NCBI GenBank assembly: GCA_964106915.2
Contig: OZ066924.1
DNA from: Podarcis gaigeae
Taxonomy: Eukaryota
Strand: one strand, 5' to 3'
DNA length: 64,000 nt
In this document: one piece after another, positions 10,612-22,398 of the stretch
How positions within the stretch are numbered: position 1 is the first letter of the stretch
How the letters are laid out: each line of letters opens with the position of its first letter
Notes under the pieces: model-generated
Database searches by the model: none
Told to the model about the DNA's origin: nothing
The model's input: the letters and a program-made list of their open reading frames with translations, nothing else
Made by a program: the position numbers and the translations under genes

Positions 10612-11046
10612 TTTATTGATTTTAACATATAAATTATAAAATGTACCACAAAACTTATCACTTATACAATCTTTTTTAGACTTCCATCAGCACCTCTGAT
10701 GATCCACCGTTTTAACCACTTCTTATGCATTTCTTAACTTTATATTGCCTTTACATCTCTTAACAAATCATCCTTCCCCTTCTCCATTTTTGCAATACTT
10801 CCAATAATACTCTCCACAGAACTTGTTGCAAACCTACAAACGTCGTCTGATCTTCACAAATACTTTTCAAATAGTCCGTAAATTTACTCCAGTCTTCCGT
10901 GAATTTCTGGTCCCGCCGGTTTCGAATCCTTCCTGTTAGTTTATCTAATTCTGCATAGTCCATTAACTTCATCCTCCATTCTTCAATTGTCGGTAATTCT
11001 TCTTGCTTCCAGAAAATTGGTAATAAAAATAATAAATGGACTCTTA

Positions 11047-11086
11047 GTAGAGCATGAGACTCTTAATCCCAGGGTCATGGGTTCAA
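11047..11086 (+). pseudogene. tRNA-Lys(CTT)-derived fragment (tRNA pseudogene or SINE head)
   Basis: gtagagcatgagactcttaatcccagggtcatgggttcaa matches the D-arm to T-loop of vertebrate tRNA-Lys(CTT). No acceptor stems. Confidence 0.75.
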
Positions 11087-11191
11087 AGAAGACAGGGAGC
11101 TCTCATTTGGCCCATGGGCCTGTTTTCCATCACTGACATGAAGGAAAAGTAGGTAGAATGCTGTTGCCAGCTGAGGGCTGGAACAGGTTTT

Positions 11192-11445
11192 TTTCCTTCC
11201 TTCCTTCCTTCCTTCCTTCCTTCCTTCCTTCCTTCCTTCCTTATTTCTTTTCCACCTCACTTTTTTCTCCAAGGACCTCAAGATGGCATGCATGGTTCTC
11301 CTCCTCATGTAATCCCCATTACAACCTGTGATTAGGCTGAGAGGCACTAACTGGCCCATGGCCACCCAGTGATCTTAATGGCCCAATGGCAATTTGAACC
11401 CTGGACACCCAACTCCTAGTTTGCCACTCCAAACACTACACCTCC
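11192..11445 (-). mobile_element. Old MIR/Ther1-like SINE with (GGAA)n tail
   Basis: (TTCC)n at 11192-11241, then acaacctgtgattaggctgagag..ggcccatggccacccagtga..atttgaaccctgg..aacactacac, a diverged relative of the Squam3 copies. Confidence 0.65.
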
Positions 11446-12119
11446 TTAACCAGGAATGTTATCAAGGCAGCCAGTTCCCACACAGCTTATAATTGTGTTG
11501 CAGATCTCCTCTTGCTAATATTAAGAAAATAGTGCCCCACCTCCTTATTCTGGATATGAATATTTTAAAAAATAAATAGCGGAGGTTCTTTCCCATCGTT
11601 ATTTTACGCAGGTTAGCAAGAAAAAATGCAGAAGTTCAGATAGATGAGAAACTGGTTTGGTTTGGATCAGTAGCCCTGCTTCTTGCTTATCTGAGCTGAA
11701 CATCTGAACTCTGAGGGTCACGCAATAATAATTTAAATCGACAGTCCTTTTGGTCAGGCTAAGAGCTGTATTGAATGACTGAATTCTGATCCTTGGAGGA
11801 AAGGAAACAAAGTATAACAAAAAATACAAAATAAAAATCCATGGCTTTTCATATGCACTTTTTTTCTATGACTTCGGCACAGGCATAAATTAAGAGAATA
11901 ATAACAAGCAGCTGCAATAACATGAGAGGAGTTATGTGTCAATGTGTGCTGTTAACCCATACTGTGTTTCAGCTTTTAATATATGAGCAGCCGTAATGGA
12001 TCAGACCATGGTTCACCTAGTCCGGGATCCTTTCCCAAACACTGGATTATGTGAGATACTTCAGATGAGGTGTATATACCCTTATTTAGTGAACTGTGGT
12101 TGGCACAAGGGCTTTGGGG

Positions 12120-12430
12120 AGAGGCCATACAACAGATGCTCTGCATGAAGAAGGTTCAGGACTCAGCCCCTGCTGTCTCGAAGTAGGCCTGGGAGGCTCT
12201 GAAAATGCTGGAGAGCCACTGTCAATCCATACAGACCAGCGGTTCTCAACCTGTGGGTCCCCAGATGTTGTTGGACTACAACTCCCATCATCCCTGAGCT
12301 CTGGCCTTGCTAGCTAGGGGTGATGGGAGTTGTAGTTCAACAACATCTGGGTCCCACAGGTTGAGAAAGGCTGATATTGACTATGCTGCGTTAGATGGGC
12401 CAGTGATTGATGTGTCAAAGGCAGCTTAAT
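12120..12430 (+). mobile_element. Old tRNA-derived SINE interrupted by a hAT MITE
   Basis: ctgcatgaagaaggttcaggactcagcccc..ctggagagccactgtcaatc [MITE] tattgactatgctgcgttagatgggccagtg..aaggcagctt. Confidence 0.55.
12237..12373. mobile_element. URR1-like hAT MITE with SPIN-like terminus
   Basis: 137-bp palindrome. Starts CAGCGGTTCTCAACCTGTGGGTC and ends AGGTTGAGAAAGGCTG. Imperfect 8-bp TSD atacagac/atattgac. Confidence 0.88.
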
Positions 12431-12626
12431 ATGTTCAGCTTCTGCAAATTGGTCCCCAACATGTAAAGCTTCATTATTTCAATTCAGTAGAGGCATACCC
12501 ATGATAGTGTCAGGGACTGGGCAGTGGAAGAATGGTGGAGAATGCCTCCCCAGCCAATGCCTTCCAGAGAAGAAGACAACAGTTCAGAATTACAATAGGG
12601 TTTGAGGCAGATGAGGAGACAAGCTA

Positions 12627-12873
12627 GGAAGAGAAGAAGAAGAGTTTGGATTTGATATCCTGCATTATCACTACCCAAAGGAGTCTCTAAACGGCTAACA
12701 TTCTCCTTTCCCTTCCTCCCCCACAACAAACACTCTGTGAGGTGAGTGGGGCTGAGAGACTTCAGAGACTAGCCCAAGGTCACCCAGCAGCTGCATGTGG
12801 AGGAGCGGGGAAGCGAACCCAATTCACCAGATTATGAGTCCACCGCTCTTAACCACTACACCACACTGGCTCT
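12627..12873 (-). mobile_element. Squam3-type SINE
   Basis: High identity to copies at 4901 and 53587. (CTT)n tail. Confidence 0.88.
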
Positions 12874-13095
12874 CCAGGAAATAATGGGACAGGAGGAGGA
12901 GGAAGAAGAAGCACCAGGGGGTCAATAGCTGACGGACTCAGTGTCTTTAGAAAGCATTCCAGGCCCCCCTCCCAGAACCCAGCAAGCCTTGAATGTAGGA
13001 GAGCAAAGAGCTCAAAGGCAGAGGGCACTTTTTCAGCACCTGTAGTGATGACTCAAGAGAAAGTGGGAGAGGGGGTGTAGATTCACTTGGGACAA

Positions 13096-13107
13096 GATAG
13101 ATAGATG

Positions 13108-13146
<39 letters not shown>

Positions 13147-13549
13147 TATTACGGTCGGAGACCAGCTTATAAAACACACTTTTTATAAAACAAACATTTA
13201 AAACAATGTACAACAATAAATTTAAAATTTATAAATGTGATACTTTTCAAATAGTCCATAATTTTAAGATAAGCTACTGCAGAGCGATGACCCAGAGTCA
13301 TCCATGGAACCGAGTTTGGGGATTTTCCTAACAAACTAGTTTGGGTCGGGGGATGGTCTGCAGCTACAGATCTGTACACAGAATCTGGCGACCATCCGGG
13401 TCGTTTTATGATCTTTGCCTAACAGGAAAAGGTCAGATTTTTGCTTTTCTGGGAGATCAGCAAGCCTCACCAGCAGGGGATCAATGGTCTCACTACGTGC
13501 CTCTTCATAAAAGGGACATCTAAATAACAAGTGCTCTGGGCTTCCTATA
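13096..13549 (-). mobile_element. RTE-X-like LINE 3' fragment with (TATC)n tail
   Basis: TSD TCACTYGGGACAA (12/13) at 13083-13095 and 13550-13562. Translation EHLLFRCPFYEEAR..VARFC. 3' end gctggtctccgaccgtaataa then (GATA)n at 13096-13146. Confidence 0.78.
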
Positions 13550-13639
13550 TCACTCGGGACAATGCCATTATTCCAAGAGGCTGCATTCCCAAGCCTCTCT
13601 CTGTGAATATTGAATAAAAAGCAGATGGTAAGGACTTTC

Positions 13640-13800
13640 CCTTGTCTTATCCATTCCTGGCAACCTTCCGTGGGGGTTGGTTCCTCTGCCGCCTGACAGA
13701 TAGGCATAGCTAACTGCCCTCAACCCTTCAGAGTGGTGATCCTGCACATTTCTGTGTGTTGGGAGTAGGGGAGGACAAATTTCAGAAAAAGATGAGCTTT
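13640..13800 (-). mobile_element. Possible DIRS-like retrotransposon terminal fragment
   Basis: gccgcctgacagataggcatagctaactgccctcaaccc shares ctaactgcc with the DIRS-like region at 35442-35450. Confidence 0.4.
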
Positions 13801-13876
13801 CATGGGCTTTGGAGACAGGACATGTATGCTAGAGAGGCGCAGGAACCTTTTAAGGACCTTGCAAGTGTGTCCCCTA

Positions 13877-14014
13877 TCATGCCCTCCAACATTTCTCCAA
13901 CGAAAATAGGGACGTCCTAAGGACAAGAGGGACATTCCAGGATCAAATCAGAAACCGGAATGGCTTATGTAAATCCAGGACTGTCCCTGCAAAATAGGGA
14001 CACTTGGAGCATCT
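13877..14014. mobile_element. Small DNA-transposon MITE with GGGAC subterminal repeats
   Basis: Imperfect TIRs catgccctccaa / ttggagcatctg and repeated aaaatagggac motifs. Confidence 0.55.
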
Positions 14015-15222
14015 GCCCTCTTGTCCTATTACACAATCTCTATTCTATATCCTACGCCTCTACCCTTCATGAACATACACGTCTGCTCTTACAATACAAA
14101 CAAATCCTCAGCAAACATTCGGAGTCTGCGCATCTCTCTTTCTGCTGTAAAAGATATTAGTTTTCAGACTGCGGCTTTCCAGATGCCACACAAGCTGAAC
14201 GGAGGGGAGGGCTTGGATGCTGGGAACAATATGCATATCCGCCTGCAGCGCTGTCTGCTCTTCCGCTACTCTCCTAATATTCTTATTTGTCTTGATTGTC
14301 TTTGTTGTTGAAGGGTAGAATTCTAGATTTACAGTTTCAGGCAATTGTTTCCCTTTGTTGGTTTACGCTTCCCCTTAAATTTGCCTCTCCTCACCCGCCG
14401 CTCATATTTTTTGAACGCAGATTTTAGTCGCATCATGTAGTAATCAATTTTCTTCATGCCAGCTTAACTTTCAGTGGCCGATGAGCATTTTATCATATTA
14501 AGTGGAGCTCCTGTCTTACATATGACAATGTTTCCTTCATTCATCTCTTACATTTTCTTTCTCCCTTGTTAGTGGCTTTGCTATCTCTATATCAATGTTC
14601 TGGCTGGCTGCAATTACAAGTTTTCCCAGCTGGGAACTTGCAGGGGTTTTTTCTCCTCCCTCCCCCTTGGGCTCTGTGACATGCTGATCTGTTTTGAAAT
14701 GAAGTCCCAATTGTTTCACCTCTGTATTTTGCATCTTGTTACGACACTATATTAGCGATGGCGGGAAGGGGATTTCTCCCCTTGTTCTTGTAAATGGGAT
14801 ATAATCACTGCAAGCTGAGATGAAAAATCTGGTGCAGCTAAAATTGTAGCAGGTAGAAGGATCACCTGCAAAGAGATGCTACCCACGGTTCAGGAGACTT
14901 GGCTCAATTGTCTAGCAACAGCATCGTTCTGCTGTGCATTCAAGATGGGATGTGGGCCATACTGTTATATTCAGATTAAGGTAATAGCTCCTTTTCAGCC
15001 CTGACTTTCAAATCAGCTACTTTTCTTTCTTTTCAAAGAGACAGCTCTTCTGAAAGAGCAAGACCAGCTTTATGAATACATCCACCAAAGTTACCTGTCC
15101 ATAAAATTTATTTAGATAAAATAAGCCCTCTTCTCACCACATCTGGGTCTCACAACTGTTTACAAAATTTTAGACATACCAAATTTTAAACACAAATGGT
15201 TAAATCATTAAATTGGCATATT

Positions 15223-15596
15223 AAGGTAAAGGTAAAGGTACCCCTGCCCGTACGGGCCAGTCTTGCCAGACTCTGGGGTTGTGCGCCCATCTCACTCAAG
15301 AGGCCAGGGGTCAGCGCTGTCCGGAGACACTTCCGGGTCACGTGGCCAGCGTGACATCGCTGCTCTGGCCAGAGCCAGAGCCAGAGCCAGAGCCGCACAC
15401 GGAAACGCCGTTTACCTTCCCGCTAGTAAGCAGTCCCTATTTATCTACTTGCACCCAGGGGTGCTTTCGAACTGCTAGGTTGGCAGGCGCTGGGACCGAA
15501 CGACGGGAGCGCACCCCGCCGCAGGGATTCGAACCGCTGACCTTTCGATCGGCAAGTCCTAGGCGCTGAGGCTTTTACCCACAGCGCCACCTGCGT
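15223..15596 (-). mobile_element. Sauria SINE (Squam1), young CpG-rich subfamily
   Basis: Minus-strand A box (tggcgctgtgg), B box (ggttcgaatcc) and (ACCTTT)n tail. Short TSD atatta. Internal (CCAGAG)x4 expansion. Confidence 0.93.
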
Positions 15597-15989
15597 ATAT
15601 TAGCACTCATATATTCCTGCCCAGCAACTATGATCCTCAGATGGGACACTGTCCAGAGTACTACAGGACACCAAAATGTGATTAGTGTGTACTAAAAACA
15701 CAAACAGTTTTTTTAGCATTGCAGCTTCTGCCTCTGGAATCAGTTATCAGCTGAAATTAAAGAAACTTCCAGCATCATAATATTGAGGTCGAAGAAGGCT
15801 TTCCCTGAAATGTCATCAATTTATGGCAATTTAAATGGGATGAAAAATCTCTTTGACACCAATGACAGCTTTGTTCCCATTGACGATAATAGGTAGGGAG
15901 GGAGTACTGAGTGGGACGTCACCTAGGGCAAAGGGTCAAGTTCCACCTGCTCTGTGTCACAGTGACCACCTGTCGTACACATACACCCT

Positions 15990-16304
15990 GACCCTTGACC
16001 ATTAGGTCCAGTCGTGGCTGACTCTGGGGTTGCGGCGCTCATCTCGCTTTATTGGCCGAGGGACCCGGTGTACACTAAGCCACTTCTGGCGAACCAGAGC
16101 AGCACACGGAAACACCGTTTACCTTCCCGCCAGAGCGGTACCTATTTATCTACTTGCACTTTGACGTGCTTTCGAACTGCTAGGTTGGCAGGAGCAGGGA
16201 CCAAGCAATGGGAGCTCACCCAGTCACGGGGATTTGAACCACCAACCTTCTGATCGGCAAGTCCTAGGCACTGTGGTTTAACCCACAGTGCCACACACGT
16301 CCCT
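15990..16304 (-). mobile_element. Sauria SINE, tail-less with internal deletion
   Basis: Homologous to 19138-19476. Lacks the ACCTTT tail and the cagcttccgggtcatgtggcc segment. Confidence 0.9.
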
Positions 16305-17055
16305 TACACTTACACATACACACCCCCCCCAACTATTTCTTATGGAAAACTCTTGCATGCCAGGACAATTTCAGGACAAAAATCATGTCTGGTTTGACAC
16401 TAAAAGTAGCAGAAGTGTTGTTCGGTAGGAGTCAGTGATATAAGATAAATTATATTGTTTTAGTGTTCCTTTCAACAAGGGCATGGTCTCAGAAGGCCTA
16501 TTCTGTGATTCAGACCTACTGTACAATGATCCAAGTCTCTGCAAACAGGAAAGACAAACTGCATGCCATTTGTTGTATAAATGCATTGTTATTGCCCACC
16601 TCAGGTCTCTGGGCTGTGAAGATTGCCAAGGGCAGAATGCTTACCCAGGTTTGGAAAGATGTCTCTGAAGGCTTTCAGAGTATTTTGCAATACTTGAGTT
16701 TGTTTTAAATACACAGCTTGAGCACAGGGATGGACAGATATTTGCTCAGTTCCCTGTTTTTCCACTCTTAAGTTTAGTTTTTCTTATTTCTGAATCAGTT
16801 TGCAACTTTTAGAAAAAACCTGCACAAAAATGTATAAGAATTTTTGTGTGCATTTCTCCTTATATCTTCATATTTGTATGCTGTTTTGCCTAATATACAC
16901 AATTTTGGAAGCAACATGATGCAGGTTTTTTTAGGTTTTTTAGTATTTAGCTATTTTGTATTTTCATATGTATACACATGTTTGTGTGCACTTTCCCTTA
17001 TTATAATTTATATTTATTCATCACTGTGGCATTTGCCCATTCTTTTGGAAATTTC

Positions 17056-17437
17056 TGTACAGGGGGAGAGAAAGGGTTAATAGGTAGACCAATAGAAAAG
17101 CCCAGAGGTGGAGCCTACCTGTTTTTAACAGGCTTAGCCAGAGGTTTAGACAGTTGGGAAAAAGCAGTTGGAAATAGAGAGACAGTTAGTGCAGTTGGTT
17201 CTTGTGTGAAGGGAGGTAAAAGAGTTAGAGACAGGATAAAATAAGACTAAGAGGGTAAAGAGTAACAGCGTTTTGAATGTATTTAAAGTTTATTTGTGTT
17301 TGCAATAAACTACAATCTTCATTGTTAACTTGAGAACCTGACTGAGACTAAGTGTTTTACCTGGTTGGTAGCAGCGGATTAGTGGTGTACGGGTCAATAG
17401 TCCGTGAAACGACAGGGGGCTCTGTACGAATGCCACA
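17056..17437 (+). mobile_element. Probable solo LTR
   Basis: TGT...ACA termini, AATAAA near 17304, purine-rich U3-like region. TSD is degenerate (atttc/atcac). Confidence 0.55.
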
Positions 17438-19137
17438 ATCACCATTATCAGGAAAAGGTGAACTCAAAGTGATTTACAAAAACAAACATTAAAAACATCT
17501 TAAAATGTTTTGTTGCGTCATATATATCTTGTTGTATGTCATTTCTTCTTTTCGCCTACATTCCAAAATTCCAAAATAACAATAATTGCAAATGCAAATT
17601 TTGATTGACAGCTGGGTTTCAGTTCACATACTGACTGAGAAAATGCAAATTGTTACTTATTTTATTCATTAGATTTCTATTCCGCCCTTCCTCACAAAGC
17701 AGCCTGGGGCAGCAAACACCAAAATCAAAATTAGCTGCACATTTAAGCAGCTGTATTAAAATGCAAACTATGCAAATTCCTCACCCCTCCATAGTTCATC
17801 ATAGATAGAGGCACAGCTCACCACCCCAACAAACAGTCAAACATCACTGCTCCCACATCAGAACCTCAGAAAGACCTAGACAGAATCCAAATGCTGGTAG
17901 TTTTCAGAGCTACCAAACAGTTCTATATCTTTTCTTCCAGAAACTGGTTGAGCATTCACCCTGATTTGTTTGCGGGGAGCTCAGATGGCACATGCTATAT
18001 ATTGAGCATTAATTCTGATTAATAGATCAAACAAATGTTATATCATACTCTCTGGTGCATTTTCCCATCACTTATCACAAATGGTCTGATTTTTGTGGGA
18101 AGCAGGAGCTCCAAATAACCATTCATTGTGTAACGTGAATTTGCTGACATGTGTTTGAATTATACTCCCAAACAGTTGACAGTCTAGAAGAATTCAAGGT
18201 CCCAGTAAAAAAGCCAGCAAACAAACAAACAAAATCATTGCAACTAATATTGCCTTTTCCCATTGCAGTTACTTTGCAGTAGAAGTGTGAGTCATCTTTT
18301 CCAGTCAACCCCTACCTACTCTTCATGGGCCATTACTTGCCCATACAAAGGATGTGCTTAGAGCAATCAGAGGGCATTTATGGTTATTCTAACCCCATCT
18401 TCTCTACAAACTCTTCCAGACCTTACCATAGCTTATTATGGCCTTTTGGCTGAAATCGAATGTAAACTTACTGGCGAAAATGGCCCATTAAATTCAGTGT
18501 GAATTTAAATTATGAATACATCTACATAGATTGAGTTCCATGCTTTTAGTGAATTAAAAATAAACCCCAGATTTCCCAACCACAATAAACCATGTAAGAA
18601 AATTATATGTATTCATAGTCTGTTTTTTAAAAATATAAATGGAACTTGGAGCATAGACTGGTGCACTGGAAACGGAGTAATAGGAAACATAAGTGAAAAT
18701 GATCATGGAATCATGTTGGAGTTATTGAATTTATAAATGAATGGCTGTTCTGCATGGGATCTCATTATTGTTCTCTGTATTGGCTCTGCTCCCACATTTT
18801 GTCCCCTTCAGATTTAGCTTTTAAATTGAAAAAATACCATAGATCATTCTAGAGCTGGTGCATGGAAGACTACTTTGCTGCAGTTTTTCATTCATTTTCT
18901 CTTTCTCTCTCTTTGACAGATTCCTGCGGAACACAAGTACATTCTGTCACAATTGCTGAAAAATGCAGAAAAGAATAGCAATGCACTTGTGAAGTTGTGG
19001 CACTTTGTGTTGCGTTCTGCATGAACAGGGAGTGCAGTCCTGTCAAGTTTTGCATGCAGACTGAACAGGCTAAACAAGTTGTGTATACTACCTTGGCATG
19101 TGTAAAAGGGTATTTGGCTTTGTCTAAGGCTTCCATT

Positions 19138-19476
19138 AGGGATGCAGGTGGCACTGTGGGTTAAACCACAGAGCCTAGGACATGCTGATCAGAAGGTCAG
19201 CAGTTCGAATCCCCACTGCTCAGTCCCTGCTCCTGCCAACCTAGCAGTTCGAAAGCATGTCAAATGCAAGTAGATAAATAGGTACCACTCCAGCAGGAAG
19301 GTAAATGGCATTTCCATGTGCTGCTCTGGTTCGCCAGAAGCGGCTTAGTCATGCTGGCCACACGACCCGGAAGCTGTACGCTGGCTCCCTCGGCCAATAA
19401 AGCGAGATGAGCTCCACAACCCCAGAGTCGGTCACGACTGGACCTAATGGTCAGGGGTCCCTTTACCTTTACCTTT
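19138..19476 (+). mobile_element. Sauria SINE
   Basis: 13-bp perfect TSD TAAGGCTTCCATT (19125-19137, 19477-19489). tRNA-like head and ACCTTT tail. Confidence 0.95.
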
Positions 19477-22142
19477 TAAGGCTTCCATTGTATGAGCATC
19501 TCACATAAGGAAAATAGTGCAGTTATTCTGCATTCAGAACAGATCTTGGGTGCCAGCTACTGTGTGTAACTAGTAATGTTTCTTGCACAATATCATCGAG
19601 CACTTTGACCTATTCATCTCTCCTCAAACTTCCTGCTTGGTCCCTTTTACCCCTTCCTACTCTGAGTGTTTTCTGAATCCCAGCCACTAGAATGATAAAG
19701 CTTATCTTGACACTGAGAAGAAGAGTAATATATGATGTCATATATCTGCAGCCTGTCATTCCATATGTTGATAGCATTATTCCTATAAGGACATGCATTT
19801 TGGGGTAGGACGAGCTCATGTCAAGAGCTCTTGCAAATGTGGAGCTGGCATTGCTAAGAAGATGTTGTCGTTGTTTAAGCATCTATTCCAAACCTGACAG
19901 AGTCTGACAAGTGAATATCTAACTAATGCCTCTCGCGCTAGCCACTTCAATGGCAAATTGTGTGATTAGATCTTGTGCCCCTGCCTGAGTATTGCAATTA
20001 AAACGTTTGTGGCATATGAGAAAGTGCTTCGCAGTGCTTTCAGACACCCACTCAACACTTATGGTCAAGGTGACCTGATGAAGATGACAACTATTTTGTA
20101 ACTGTGTCTCTGAGCCAATTTCGTGGAACTTTCCAGTGCTACATTCTGTGTGAGTGATAATGATTAAGAAAATTGAACTACTGGAGAGTATCATGTAAAT
20201 ATGAATTTGTCCCTGTACTCTATCCCTTCATAATCGAAGTACTGTGATCTAGGTCATTTTGACCAAACCTGTTTTAGGCTTTTAATGGAGAATCGAAAGA
20301 CCGTCAGCATGTGTACCTCAAAAACAGGCATTTGGTAGGACCACTCTCAACAGCTGAACAAGCCTACTGTGCTTGATATAGATTATCAGAAGTAGAATGT
20401 GCCTTTTTTAATGTCCTCTGAATTTTTTTCTCCCCCCAAAAATTAGTGATTTCAGATTTCATCTCATATAAGTATGACTCACCTTAATTTATCTGGGTTA
20501 ACAGGTGAGATACAACACAAAGCATCTTGATGAAAAAATATAGTAGAGAAATTATATTAGATTCAGCTCCTATAAAGGCCATTTACAGTAAACACAGCAG
20601 TGGGCTCAGAGTTAAATTAAAATTGATTACATGTGCACTGGTTCCTCAAAGCTTCAGGGACTGTAAAATTAAAAATTCAAAGGTTGCTATTTTGGTTTAC
20701 TTGTGAGATTGGTACTTGATTTAGGCACCCAGCATGCCAGTGATGGGAAAACACAATGGGGGATGGAAATGGAGATATTAGATTTCCAAGGCATACCTGT
20801 TATGAGAATAAATAGCCATAAAGCAGCAAATGATTTCTTTTATTTAGGCTATGAATATATAATCATAACTCTAGATGTCTAAAATCTGTTTCCTCTAACT
20901 CAATATTATATACAATGTGTTTACAAGCAATTTAGTTTTTTTTAGCATGGATAAATTAACTATAGATGAATCCTACCAAAGCCTTTGTTTGTGTCTGTCC
21001 AAGGCATTTGGAAATACCAGAAGAAAATAAATGTCCCCACAAGCAACTCTGTCCAGTGCTGACTCCTTTGTTCCTATTCTACCTAGATAGTAGGTCCCAT
21101 TCGTGCTTATAAATATGATGCAGATGTTCAAACTTTGAACACATGTGTTTTGGACACAATCATTGAAACATTGTGACTTAAAGGAAAATGGCAGGCAGGA
21201 GGCTAAGAGACCAGCTTCTCCATACTAAGAACTGGAGGCTGAAAATCTGTGGCCAATATTACAACGTAATGAATAGAGAGATTCAAGATAAAGAGAAATG
21301 TAGGAAACTGATCTTCCATCCCCTCAATTTACTGGTCCTCAAGAGATGAAGACAGGAACAGATACAGACATGTAAAAGCTTATTATATCTGTCATTTCAT
21401 GCCTGCAGTTTTTGTTTCCTGTTTTCTCAATTACATTACCCCTCTAACATTTCACAACATATCACAGACAGAATAATATCCTGTTCTCTTTAGAGTACAA
21501 CCATAGTTTATTCCTTTATTTTCCTTATGCCTATAATATCACTTTTGGTCATCGTAGATACATATATTGTGCATCAGTTTTGTTTGGATTTCTACCTTCT
21601 CTCCAGCATCCTCTCTCCTATGGCATACTGACAGGTCTGGATAAATTTGTGCTTTTCCCCCTCTTAAATCTCCTCATATTAACTGTCCATTGAAAGGTTA
21701 CTCTGTGGGACTTTGAGAAGTGTTTATCAAATGGTAATAGTGTAATGGATCGAAACAGGAGAACTGTAAAATTGGCAGCCTAATTGGTGACACAGTTGTA
21801 GTTAGTTATGTGGCCTTGCTGTCTATTTTCCTATTCTTCCTCAGACTGTGTTAACAAGCAGGAAATGTAGTAGCACTTTTTAATAATGCAGAAATAGCAG
21901 TTAAATCATAAATTTATCAGCCACCTGAAAAGAAGCACTCCTGTTCAGAGTTCCAGCTAGTCTTTCCCTCAAAGCAGGCAGAACATTCTGCTCCACCCCC
22001 TTCTGTTTTTCATATCTATTACTTCACATTCCACGACTACTGAGCATGCTCAGTCCTCATTTGAGCCAGGTTCAACTGCTCCCTTACAGTTAACTATGGT
22101 TTTTGGGTTTGTTTGTTCTACTTAAACTATTGAACTTAAACT

Positions 22143-22398
22143 ATTGAACTACCCACAAGATGTAGCGGTGACCACTAACCTGGATAGCTTGAAAAGAAGC
22201 TTAAATAAATTCATGGAAGACAAGCTATCAATGGCTATGTTCTATATGCCTCTAAATACCAGGTTCATAAGTGGGCTGAGTATTATTGCATTCATTCCCA
22301 AGTTGTGGGCTTCCCAAAAGTTTTTGGTTGACTACTTTGAGAACAGGATACTGGGCATGATAGGCCTTTCACCTCATTTTTCAGGGCTCTTCTTATGT
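22143..22398 (+). mobile_element. CR1 LINE 3' end, degraded
   Basis: accactaacctggatagcttgaaaagaagcttaaataaattcatggaagacaag...gggctcttcttatgt. Confidence 0.7.

Larger units (their letters stand above)
10302..11011 (-). mobile_element. 5'-truncated L1 3' fragment with (TA)n tail, interrupted by a Penelope-like insertion
   Basis: TSD GAAAATTGRTAATAA (14/15) at 10287-10301 and 11012-11026. Translation KLMDYAELDKLTGRIRN..EDWSKFTDYL is homologous to the end of the L1 ORF2 at 666-800. Confidence 0.88.

Noticed and set aside
11047-11086. Functional tRNA-Lys gene
   Set aside because: Both acceptor-stem strands and the 3' T-stem are missing.
11612-11700. Possible terminal exon after ttattttacgcag (LARKNAEVQIDEKLVWFGSVALLLAYLS*)
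   Set aside because: No recognisable protein similarity and no partner exons. Compatible with chance.
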